Below, one piece after another: positions 11,184-22,204 of a DNA stretch of 64,000 nt. Each line of letters opens with the position of its first letter. Positions within the stretch are counted from its first letter, which is position 1. Made by a program: the position numbers and the translations under genes. The notes beneath the pieces are model-generated. The model had not been told where the DNA came from. It did no database searches and worked only from the letters and a program-made list of their open reading frames with translations. Source of the stretch: Podarcis cretensis (lineage: Eukaryota); the NCBI GenBank assembly GCA_951804945.1, contig OX638156.1, forward strand, positions 29,388,001-29,452,000. The letters are read 5' to 3'.

Positions 11184-11962
11184 CCTATCCTGAATATTGT
11201 GTGACATTTCTGAACATTTATACTTAACAAAAGTGGATGGGATGTTCAAGGCCAAAGAGGCATGAGCAAGTTGCACTTTTCCTCGTAACTTTGGTACCTG
11301 AAAATGAGGCAGTTTCTTCTGTAAACTTTGTCAACAAAATACAAAACAGCCAATCTAACATCCACAGCAGCAAATGTAATGTTCACGGGCTGAGATTGTG
11401 TAATGCTAGCACCATCTACTGGAAGCTCTGGGGGTTTTGCTGTGAGTTGCCGTGTTTATTTCCAGGCCTCTACTGTAGCCAGCATTGCCTTAATTGTACG
11501 ACATCCAGGCTGAGTCGCCTGCTGCCTTGGAAAGTAAGGCCCTTCAATAAAAGCAAAGGCGCAACAGAACTTTTGTACTACCACTTCAAATCAAAATTGC
11601 TTTGGAACTGCAAAGCAAAATTATTGGCATTTGCAAGGTGAACTATGCCCTCTTAACTGAGTTGTGCCTGAAGCATTTTGAATGTTAACATTTATTCAAA
11701 ATTCTGCTATGAAGCTGAATCTTTAAATATTGTGAAGATGTCTCATTACTTCATCAAAACCAACATGGAAAAGAGGAATTTATGGTTGGCTGCTAAAAAC
11801 AATCCTTTCCTCTATATTCTGTCCTGTAAAGCACATCTGAAGAAAATCAAATGGGTTTTTTTCCCACAGTACTTGGCACCCCATGGTTTTTTTCTGCCTG
11901 CTCCACCAGCACCTTGCCCATTGTGACCTCTCGCCTCCCACCCTCCCCAGGCTCCCCATTAT

Positions 11963-12147
11963 TCATAGAATCATAGAGTTGGAAGAGACCACAAGGGCCA
12001 TCGAGTCCAACCCCCTGCCAAGCAGGAAACACCATCAGAGCACTCCTGACATATGGTTGTCAAGCCTCTGCTTAAAGACCTCCAAAGAAGGAGACTCCAC
12101 CACACTCCTTGGCAGCAAATTCCACTGTCGAACAGCTCTTACTGTCA
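11963..12147 (-). mobile_element. CR1 LINE 3' end (young, truncated)
   Basis: (ATTCTATG)n tail; nearly identical to 57633-57811. Confidence 0.85.
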
Positions 12148-13333
12148 TTTACTGTCTTATTTACCTTGGAGATAAGCAGTGCAGCCAAAGGGGCCACCCA
12201 AAGCACCCAGCTCAATGAGCCCTCTTGAGAGGGTGCCTCGGGCAGTGGCCAACTGCGCTTCTGTGTCTGTTCACTATTTGCTGCCCCAAGCCCAGCTGAC
12301 GCCCATCCTCTTGGTGGCAGGTGGCTCCTGCTGCAGTAGCTGCTTGCTGTCTCAGGACCACCATGCTCACACCGCTACTCCAGAGCCCTGGCAGCCTGCG
12401 GCCCACGTGTTGGACCACACTGATCTAGAGTTTTTAGTTCACTGCTGAAGATAAAGGAACCCAAGTTGTTGGCAACCCATCCTCTCCATTTAGGCACCTA
12501 ATTTGTCACCTGGAACACAGTCCCATTTGAAGTATGACTGTCCATCTTGAAGTAATCCTTTTGGGTAGTTTTTGCAAACAGGGTCTGAGTTGACTGAATG
12601 ATCTGTTGAGGATCACTTTTGTCTTCACAATGACATGGGTGGTGAGGCCAGATATTTAGTTTCTTCCTAAAGCCAATTCCGTTTCAGAGCTCATGCTTCC
12701 TTGTTAGTGATATGACATGCACCAGGCATCTCTGGCAGCCATTACAAAATTAAATTAACTAGAAACTGTGCCCCTGTTTGCTCTGCTCTACAACCCTTCT
12801 GACATTCCCTCCATTAAAGCCCCATGAGCTTCCCCTTCCCACACCAAGCAACTGCTAAGCTTGCTTTCCCCCTTCCCAGCCCCATGTTTGAAGCCACTTC
12901 TAAAACCCTGCTTTCACTCACATCCATGCCTTTTTTTGTGCAACCCCTTCCTTGCACACAACACATCCCCATGGGTAACCTGCATCTTCTGCCGTCCACA
13001 CATTGCAACTACTAAACAACCTTTTAATCTGCCCAATTACAAAGTCACTACCCCCTATTCAGTCCCTTTCATGCACCTGCTTTCATCTTAACCCACTCTT
13101 TTCCCTCTTCCATTTTTTCAACCCTTGCACACCATTTTCATGCCTTATTCCCTCTCAAGCCCCTTTGTCCATACCCAATTATTATATTCACCCCCTTTCC
13201 ATTTTTTTAACTCCTGCATGCACCCCAACTGATACTATGTATGCATCATAAACATACAGGGTTGTATCTTAAGACCAAACCTGTTGGCTTGTTCGGTTAG
13301 GGAAGATTAAGTTCAGCTGATGGCTGCTGTACA

Positions 13334-13997
13334 TACAGTGCTACCTCGGTGTCAGGGAACTGCCATTGGAGCCAGAGGGAGAGGGAGGGCTCCAGAGGGA
13401 TTCCGGAGAGCGTACCGGGAGGGAGAGAGGCAGCCCATCTTCTGGGGAAGGAAATCAGCGTAACACTAGTGGAGAAGGGGGGCAGATGGGGGAATCGGCG
13501 AGATGGCTCCATGACTCCTCGCCGGAGACCAGCGGGGAGAGCACGGGTCCTCCGCTGCCCACACCCCTGCGCAGAAGGCTTCCGCGCAGGGAGAGTAGGC
13601 GGAGACTAGGCGTCAAAGAGCTGCTTTGCTGGAAGAAGTTCAAGAAACGCCCACTGACTGATTCTGCCAGCGATTGAGACAGCCACAGGTGAGTGGCTGT
13701 CCGGACAGAAAGGGTTCACCCAGGTAACTCAGCCAAGCGTGGTGCCGATTTACGCACGAGCAACCCCTAGAACCATTACACTCGGGTTACATACGCTTCA
13801 GGTTACAGACTCCGCTAACCCAGAAATAGTGCTTCAGGTTAAGAACTGCTTCAGGATGAGAACAGAAATTGGGCTCCAGTGGCGCAGCGGCAGCAGGAGG
13901 CCCCATTAGCTTAAGTGGTGCTTCAGGTTAAGAACAGTTTCAGGTTAAGTACGGACCTCCGGAACGAATTAAGTACTTAACCCGAGGTACCACTGTA
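13334..13997. mobile_element. Tc1/mariner (pogo/Tigger-like) MITE, interrupted in its left TIR by a solo-LTR-like element
   Basis: TA-flanked TIRs cagtgctacctcgg / ccgaggtaccactg; same family at 28197-28407 and 34504-34721. Confidence 0.85.
13350..13780 (+). mobile_element. Solo-LTR-like element (copy 1) carrying an Arg-rich ORF
   Basis: TGTCAGGG...ATTACA termini; 5-bp TSD ctcgg at 13345-13349 and 13781-13785; second copy at 46826-47282. Confidence 0.8.
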
Positions 13998-16307
13998 TAT
14001 GGGCTTTGCTTGTTAATAAAATACCTCGTTTTATTATCTACATTGAATCTGGAACTTCATGTTGGAAGACAACACATGGGACAGGGTTGAAATTTGGGAA
14101 GGTGCTATGGAATATTTGAGGGTACTGTATCCTTTGTGGCAATTAATTTTCTTAGGTATATTACTGTAGAGGGTGATTTTCGGCAGGGTTTGCAACAGCA
14201 AATTTTGTCACTTTAATTAGGTGAGCCACCCTTCCTAATTGGTTAGATTCATCCTTGGTTAGATTGGTTAGATTCATTCTGATCTCTTCTGGCTTTCTGC
14301 CCCCTCAGGAAAGGAATATTTACAGTAAGCGCCTACTGTTCTGGTAATCACTTTCCAGTTTCTTATAGTCACACTGATAACTTATGAAAACTATAAACTA
14401 TTTTTATTTCAAATACAAGAACTGTGTGTGTATTGAGAGTTATCAAAATTCATCAATAGGTGCCGCTGGCCAGACTGCGGAGTACCTGGTATGTGATGCC
14501 AGGTTTTACATATGATGTGTCTGGCAAATTTAGCAGCAGCTTCCTTCTCTAGCTTTCCCTTTACAATAGTAGGAATTCTAAAACTGAACAAAGCAGTGAG
14601 TCCGTTTCTCCAAGTCACCTATAAGGAAGGTATCTTCTGGCAATTCATGTGTGACAAATACATGGCTGCAACCTTCATGAGTCCATGGCCACCTCCAAGA
14701 GCCCTATTGGGCATTGTTGTGAGATTAGGCAACTCTTGTTATATTCTGGAGTCGTAATGCATTCATACCAGGGAATAAAACACAGGTTATGTATCGGTGG
14801 GCGTGCAGGAGGTCCTCCAGTCCATTTTTTTCCAGGTGCCATTTCCCCCTTATGACTTGTATCACATGATCCTCTTCAATGATGTCATTATTCCCTTCTG
14901 AGGCACAGGAAAGCAGCCACAAAACTCAATTTCCACCCCCACCCCCAAGTTAGGGGGGGTTCATTTATTGCTTAGGCTTCCCTTTTTCTGATCCTTCTAA
15001 ACTGCTCTTTCGTTAACATGGAAACTGGAGCGAGTTGCCAGTTACTGTAGGTTTAATCACATGTCCCTGCCGCTCCTAGGCACTGGGAGGTGTTAAGCCA
15101 TTTGTCTTCTAAGGGCCTCCTGCTTGTCGGCTTGAAAGAACATCCTGGCAAATAACCAATGTTCTTCAACAAAAGCAATATTGGAGAACTGGGTACATAT
15201 ACAGTACATAATTTTGCATTTCTAAAAGCATAAACCCCAAATTGTTAAAACATGCTTTGGTGTCTCTTAACCACGTCTGGCTATTCAGGATTAAGTTACT
15301 TCCACTTCAAAGGCAGGGCTATGGAAGATTTGCCAACTTTGAAAAGAACAGCCCTAACTCTTCATATTTTTCTTTGTACCATCACTTGGCTCCTTTACCA
15401 CCACCACCACCACACATTTCAATTAGTCAGCAAACCAGGCAAAGTTCTGCACTACCCGATTTACCACAAGAACGGGTGAGGATCCTTTTTCAGCCAGTGG
15501 CCAAAGTTTTCATCTCCCCAGCCCTGGTGGGCCAAATTTGACAGGTGGAACTTCAAAGCGCAGGAAGTTGTTTGTACTGGAATCCTGTTAAAAGGGAAAA
15601 CCTTTTAGCTGGGTTTCTCTGCAAACTGCATCCTGAATCAGGAAGGTGTTGGTATGGAATCCTGCCAAGCTGAGCAGGATTTGACCCCTGATCATCAGCT
15701 TTCTGTCTTGGCTGCAGACACCTGTTCCCTGCTGGGAGTATGTGTGCATAACCAAGGGAGGATTTAATTCAGCCCACCAACTAAAATAATAACTGTTGAC
15801 AGGCAGGTGGATATGGCTTGGAAAATGGCTTCGCAGGCGAAACGGAAACCTTTGGTGAGTCAAAATTAATCCATCTTTTTAAAGTTTTACATAGTTGGAT
15901 AACTAATTTAATCAAACCAACATACAACTTACAGGTTTACATTTGAGCTTGAGTAAAAATGCAGCCTTTTACCATGTACAAAGGCAGTGGTTTTCATAGA
16001 AAGCTCAGATACATAAAAAAAAACCTGAAACAAATTTGCTTTAGCTGGAACCTAGACTTAAGATATGAAAAGGAACAGAAAAGGGGTTCTCTGCCAAAAT
16101 TCAAATGATGGTTTTTCGATGGTTACATACCTATTTATGTTCAAGACAAATTTGTTCTTGAGGAGCAATAATTCTTGGACAAGCTTAATGTTTGTACTAC
16201 CTTGGTTTACAGTTCAAGGTGCTTTTGCAAAACAGGTTTTACACTTAGGGAATTTTTGAAAAACCAGGCCGGCTACAGTGCTGAACCTGCCTCTGGAACT
16301 TTCTAGC

Positions 16308-16473
16308 TTAGACAGCTGTTCCTCTTTCCAAGTTCTGTTTAATCTCTGCAGTATATTTCCCATAGAACCTCTCAGCCTTCTTGTTGAACTTGGCATTTCT
16401 CTCATTAATGTAGTCAATATCAGCATCATCATTGTATGATCGTCTCCGGCTGTATTTTTCACGTTTTTGGATT
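16308..16473 (-). CDS. SYF2: SYF2 exon 7 ([54 protein letters not shown])
   Basis: Highly conserved SYF2 C-terminus; ccag| acceptor; TAA at 16310-16308. Confidence 0.96.
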
Positions 16474-16987
16474 CTGGAAGGAAAATTAATGCAGTGAGAC
16501 TGTGCCTAATGCAAACATCTGTTCAAGGACGATTTTTCTTTTTTTTTGTGCCACTACTTTTTCAGCTCCAAATGCTCGAAGAAGTTTAAATAAGAATTAA
16601 AGTCAACAGAATTAAAGTCAATTAAGAGTCAAATTGTCAAAAAACCCAAATAGCAGGAGACTATTTAAAGACCTGACTACTTTAAAAGACTATTTAAAAA
16701 TGTTTTTACTTGTCTTTGGAAAAAAAAAAAAAAAGCAGAACAGAGAGACAGATGGAGTTTCAATGGAATGGCCTCCCAGGTTTTGAGGCTATGACTGAAA
16801 AAGCTTTGCTACTCATAAGGATGAACCGAATGGCTGAAAAGGGTGGAAGCTGGAGCTGGACTTAATAAACAGATCTCAACATTTGTGTGTGTGTGTGGGG
16901 TGTCATACAGGACAAGATGCTCACAAAGTTCTTTTAAGAAGCTCCGACATTGTAATTAGTTAATGTTTCATTTGCTTTTGTACTTAC

Positions 16988-17086
16988 TGTTTTTCAAGAT
17001 CCGAAACCATTCTATCAACCCCTTCTTTACATGGCACATGAGTTCCGTGGAGAAGGCTATTTGAAGTCGGAAATAAATCTTCGCCA
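16988..17086 (-). CDS. SYF2: SYF2 exon 6 ([33 protein letters not shown])
   Basis: Translation plus AG/GT boundaries, 99 nt, phases consistent. Confidence 0.95.
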
Positions 17087-17227
17087 CTGAATGGGGGGGG
17101 GGGGGACAAACCCAGACACTTTAACCAGTCCACTACTGACAGTATTAACACACATGTCTTATAGATTTCATGCCCAGCAAGTCTCTAATCAGTTAATGGG
17201 GGCAATAGATTTTCCTACTGAAACAAG

Positions 17228-17479
17228 TACAGTAATACCTCCCTGAACGTCTGCCTTGTCTAGCGTCCATTCAGGCGAACGTCCGCGGCAAACCCGGAAG
17301 TACCGGAACAGGTTACTTCCGGGTTTGCTGCTTGCGCAGAAGCACTAAATTGCACTCCGCACATGCGCAAAGTGCAAATTGCACGTGTGCGCAAACACGG
17401 CACTTCGCCCTGCGTTCTTTTCAGCTAGTGGCTTAAGGCTACAGAATGGATCCGTGCCGCAAAACGAGGTACAACTGTA
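17228..17479. mobile_element. Tc1/mariner-type MITE in SYF2 intron 5
   Basis: TA-flanked TIRs cagtaatacctc / gaggtacaactg. Confidence 0.7.
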
Positions 17480-18214
17480 GCCAGAATTTGTGTATAGATG
17501 GGCTTTGAAGACACTCGAACTCAGGGCGCAAGGGAGAAACGTGCTAAGAGGAAGGCACGCTTGGCAAATCCACACCATGATCAACTCCCGCCCGGAAACA
17601 AATGTCCCCACTGTGGAAGGGCGTGTGGATCCAGAATTGGCCTCCACAGTCACTTATGGACTCATTGTTAAAACCGTGTTTATGGAAGACAATCTTACTC
17701 AGCTTTGAGTGATCGCCAAAGAAGAACAGACAGTTGCCTTGACCTTTTGAAGCATAGCTGGGATCTGTCCATTTAGCCACAGCAGGTTCTCTCTCAAGGG
17801 TCCAGTTGATACAATCACCCAAGTGCAGATGGTCCTGCTGCTCTTTCTCACAGAGCAGTTGCAACCAATTACCCTTTTGCGAGAAGTGGAGGTGCAGAGC
17901 ATGCCTGGCAGCAGCAGCAGCAGCGAGTGGAAATGGCAATTCTTTGCTGTCTGCTGCTGCTGCTGCACCTCTACCTCTACCTCACAAGGCATTAGGAACC
18001 GATGGCCTCTGTGAAGGACAAGGAGGAACCCAGCTCCTTCAAGTTATTCTCCAAGATACCAGAACACTTATGTCTTTTCTTAAGATGCTGTATTAATTTT
18101 TGCATTTGTATGCTTTTTAGAATTGTAAGTCACTCTGACACACTTGATGTAAGTGACAAATAAATGTTAATAATGCTAATACTAATAATATGGGGCAGAC
18201 AAAATAAGACTTAC

Positions 18215-18305
18215 CTTTCTTCTCTGAGTTTTTCATATTTCTCCAGGTCAGGTCTGATCTGCTTGGTCAACCTCTGGTACTGGCGTAACTGGGCTGCTGC
18301 ATAAT
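18215..18305 (-). CDS. SYF2: SYF2 exon 5 ([30 protein letters not shown])
   Basis: Translation plus AG/GT boundaries, 91 nt. Confidence 0.95.
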
Positions 18306-18350
18306 CTATGAAGTAAAAAAAGAAAAAGTCTATTGTACTACTAAACATAA

Positions 18351-18714
18351 AGGTAAAGGTAAAGGTACCCCTGCCCGTACGGGCCAGTCTTGACAGACTC
18401 TGGGGTTGGTGCGCCCATCTCACTCAAGAGGCCGGGGGCCAGCGCTGTCCGGAGACACTTCCGGGTCACGTGGCCAGCGTGACAAAGCTGCATCTGGCGA
18501 GCCAGCGCAGCACACGGAAACGCCGTTTACCTTCCCGCTGGTAAGCAGTCCCTATTTATCTACTTGCACCCAGAGGTGCTTTCAAACTGCTAGGTTGGCA
18601 GGCGCTGGGACCGAGCAGCGGGAGCGCACCCCGCCGTGGGGATTCGAACCGCCGACCTTCCGATCGGCAAGCCCTAGGCGCTGAGGCTTTTACCCACAGC
18701 GCCACCCGCGTCCC
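18351..18714 (-). mobile_element. Full-length Sauria SINE in SYF2 intron 4
   Basis: tRNA-like head with B box (ggttcgaatcc), (ACCTTT)n tail, perfect 15-bp TSD tactactaaacataa. Confidence 0.9.
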
Positions 18715-18803
18715 TACTACTAAACATAATCACTTGTTAATAAAAGCTCTTGATTTTATTCACACTCAATGGTTGGAACAGATGGGGCCAAACACCTTCT
18801 TAC

Positions 18804-18921
18804 CAGAAAATCCAAGATCAGGATTTTTCTTCTTCCTCTTCCTCTCAAATCGTTCGGCATCCTCTGCGCTGATTTCTAACAGTTTCACTCTCTCATAATC
18901 TTCTCCTTTTGCCACACACTC
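18804..18921 (-). CDS. SYF2: SYF2 exon 4 ([39 protein letters not shown])
   Basis: Translation plus AG/GT boundaries, 118 nt. Confidence 0.95.
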
Positions 18922-19190
18922 CTAGCACACAGCAAGAACATACTGATATTTTGAAACGGGTTCTCTTTCAGCACAGTGAACTTTCCCAAGGCTAAATGCG
19001 TCCTGCCTGTCAAAATATAACCAAGACTGTACTCCCATGGGCAGTTACTGGGGGATGCACTTTGGCTCCTGCCATTGGTAGGAGGACCTGGGACCACTAG
19101 GAGATGCCCCCTGCCTCCCAAGAATATCATCAAGGGGGAGACCAACCTGACCACATCCATTGGCCAGGGAAGGGACAACCGTTTGCTTAC

Positions 19191-19316
19191 CTTTTTCTTT
19201 TCCTCCACTTTTAGTTCCCATTCTAAACGTGCCTTTTTTGCTTCCCAGTTTGTTGGCAATTTCAGCCTTTTATCTTCCTCCACAACCTCCTGGTGATTTA
19301 ACTTGCGGGCTTCATT
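19191..19316 (-). CDS. SYF2: SYF2 exon 3 ([42 protein letters not shown])
   Basis: Translation plus AG/GT boundaries, 126 nt. Confidence 0.96.
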
Positions 19317-19761
19317 CTTTTAAAAAGGAGAAGAAACCAGAAAGATGTTTAGAAAACAGAGTTTAATTTACTATAAGTAAAACAAACATGCTAAAGAAGA
19401 TCACCCTCTAAGGCAGATGTCTAAGTCAGAAATCTTTGATCCACCATATGTTGCTGATCTAAAACTCCCATCGGCTGCAGCCAGCATGGTCAATGACCAG
19501 GGATGCTGGAAATTGTAGTTTACCAACATCTGGAGGGCTAAAGGTTCCCCACACCTGATTTAAGGCATCCAAAAATTTCCCAAAGCAAACTGATTTTTTT
19601 CTGACTCAAACCTGCATTTAAAAAACCCATTTTAGTGGAGCCCCTAAGCAATTGTTAGGATGTAAATTTTCATGCTGGCTTACTGCTACATATGCACTCC
19701 CTCCAAGCTAACAAGCAGGGACCAGAACTGTTAGCACCAGCACCATAATGAGAGATCTCAC

Positions 19762-19869
19762 CCTTTTCAAATGAAGCTCTCTGAATTTCCTAAGTCGCTC
19801 CTCTCTCTTCTGTGCAGCCATCTCTTCTGTTGTAATGGAAGCAGGTTCTTCTGATGTGTCAGAAGTAGC
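19762..19869 (-). CDS. SYF2: SYF2 exon 2 (...MAAQKREERLRKFRELHLKR)
   Basis: Translation plus AG/GT boundaries, 108 nt. Confidence 0.94.
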
Positions 19870-20832
19870 CTGAAAAGTCACCCACATGTTAGAAAAGAAA
19901 GATCTGCTTTTGAGATTAAGTGTTTAGTATATGAATATAAGGAATGGTTATACTCTTCAGCACCATGGAAAAGATATATTAAGACATATAAAAAGCATTA
20001 AGCATGCACATTTCCACAAGAACAATGTAGGACCACAGAAGCTTTCAAGCTATGTCCTCAGAAAGCCTTCCTTAGCAGTAACAACAAAAGAGAAAGCTCA
20101 ATGATGATATTTATAGCACACCTCACCTATCATGTTAGGCAGACTAAAAAATAGAGAAAGTGATCAAGACCCCCAAACACAAGAGCACAAGAAAAAGCAA
20201 AATCCATGAAAATAGCCCCCAGTGCTGGCAATGCATATTCAGTTGCAACAAGGCATCTGAACTACTTGGAATGGTCATGATGCCACATACATTATGGTGT
20301 TCCCAACAGAGACCTCCTCCTGCTGTCCGCATTAAGGCAGCTACAGATAAGCTTTTAGAGAAGCTGCGGAAAAGATCAAACTGGAATTCTCTACAACATT
20401 ATTTCACTCGGCTCTATTTGGGGTGACATTGCAATTTTAATTATTTTAAGTTACCCCGAGTAATTTGTATGACTCAGAAGCGTAGGCTATAAGCTCTTAT
20501 AAAAGGAAATCAATAAATGTCCCCTCCCTGACAATGCCAGAGCCAATTCCCGTCCATGCTGTACCTCCTGCAGCAGTGACGAGATAAAGAGAGATTAAAA
20601 GATCCGGCTTTCCCCATTCCCAAAAACATCCCTTCGCCATCAGCTCCTGCCTCGGGGTTCCTCAGCACTTCCTCACCTTCAGGTCGATCCCTTTATCTAC
20701 CATCCCCTCCTCTCAAACTTCTCCCTTCCCCGCCTTCCCCGGTTCAGAGGCGCCCTCAGCCGTGAAGCTTCCTCGTCCTTCTCCTTTCCTGGTCGGCCAT
20801 TTCCTCCCCAACACTCTCCTCTCTTCTCTCAC

Positions 20833-20874
20833 CATCCCAGGCGAAGAAACACCAAGATCCTCTACCGCCGCCAT
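20833..20874 (-). CDS. SYF2: SYF2 exon 1 coding part (MAAVEDLGVSSPGM)
   Basis: aagATGGCGG start (YY1-overlapping), donor ATG|gtgaga, phase 0; total CDS 750 nt. Confidence 0.88.
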
Positions 20875-21110
20875 CTTCCTCTTGCTGTGTTCGTAAACAC
20901 TGAAGCTACTTCCTGGCTTTTCCCTTCTCCCCGTTCCGCCTCTCCTAATGACGCCTCCTAATGACGTCTAGACTGTAAAAGGAACAAACAGTAAAGGGCG
21001 GGGTACGACAGCTCACGTATTAAGGAGACGCATGCGCAGTCTCTGTCGGCCTCGTGAGCTGCCGCCGCCGCCGCCGCTCGTCGCAGTTGCGCTGCAGCGC
21101 CGCCACAAGA
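20875..21110 (-). promoter_or_regulatory. SYF2 CpG-island promoter
   Basis: NRF1-like gacgcatgcgca (~21027), tandem ATF/CRE-like ctaatgacg (20945-20967), GC box gggcgggg. Confidence 0.7.
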
Positions 21111-21778
21111 CTGAGGAAGGAACTGCATAGCATAGCAAAAAAGGAAAAAAAGGTGTAAGAGTGTGGACTGTATCAGGAAAGGTATGTATAAAGCCAAGGT
21201 TACCATATAGGCACAGTAGACCCACTTCCTGTAATTCAAATCAAGAGCACCTATTTAATGAATTAATTTTAAATTCCCTTTATAAATCCCACTCAAAAGT
21301 CATTACCCATAAAAATCCATTCTCTCTCTCTCTCTCTCCCCCCCCCCCCCCCGCCAAGCTATGCTTACAAATGAACATGGGATGGCAGTATAGTTCTAAA
21401 TATTCATCCACAGATGTTAATGAAATAGAATTTGATCATTAAGTAGACCGGTCACCTTTTCTTTTCAGCTCTTCTGTGGCCAAGGGCATAGCGCCTCAGA
21501 GGAGATGCAGACTGCCTTTCTCATGAAAATATATATATATATTTAATGGACACTGGCCTTTGGTCATGTACAGTGCTTCCCCCAGAAACCTGCTCAGATT
21601 TTGAGCAAATGTAAAGTGGTTTGTCGTTCTGAGAATACACACCGGAACATTTAAGATCATACACAACTAAGTTCTGCTCAGAGTAGACCTATTGAAATTA
21701 ATGGACCTAAGTTAGCCAAGTCCATTCTTTTCAGGGGGTCTACTCTGAGTATGCTGGATACAAGTCATTCTAAATATT

Positions 21779-21951
21779 TACCGTATTTTTCGCTCTATAA
21801 CACGCACCCGACCATAACAAGCACGTAGTTTTAAGAGGAGGAAAATCCGTAGGCATGCCACCCATAGGCATTCCCTCCATAGCACGCACAGACATTTCCC
21901 CTTACTTTTTAGGAGGAAAAAAGTGAGTGTTATGGTGCAAAAAATATGGTA
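21779..21951. mobile_element. Mariner-type MITE
   Basis: TA-flanked TIRs ccgtatttttt / aaaaaatatgg. Confidence 0.65.
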
Positions 21952-22204
21952 CTTAACCAGTAGACTACTTTTCCTTATCTATATGTTGTTCTAAACATTT
22001 AGTTTCCACCAGAGAAATGCCTTTAAGCTCTTCTGTGTAAAGGAAGAAATTGCGCCACAAGTAATATATATTAGAAAAAAACAGTAGGGGGAGAATAACC
22101 CTGGAGGAATACTATTATGGCCTATCCACAACGGCCTCCTTATTCTTGTTGCCCCATAAGAACAGCAAGAAAAGAGATAGATAATCCACACGATAACATT
22201 TGAC

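Noticed and set aside
17544-18096. Overlapping ORFs with poly-Ala/Gln in SYF2 intron 5
   Set aside because: Produced by short (CAG)n/(CTG)n tracts in a probable repeat remnant; no homology recognised
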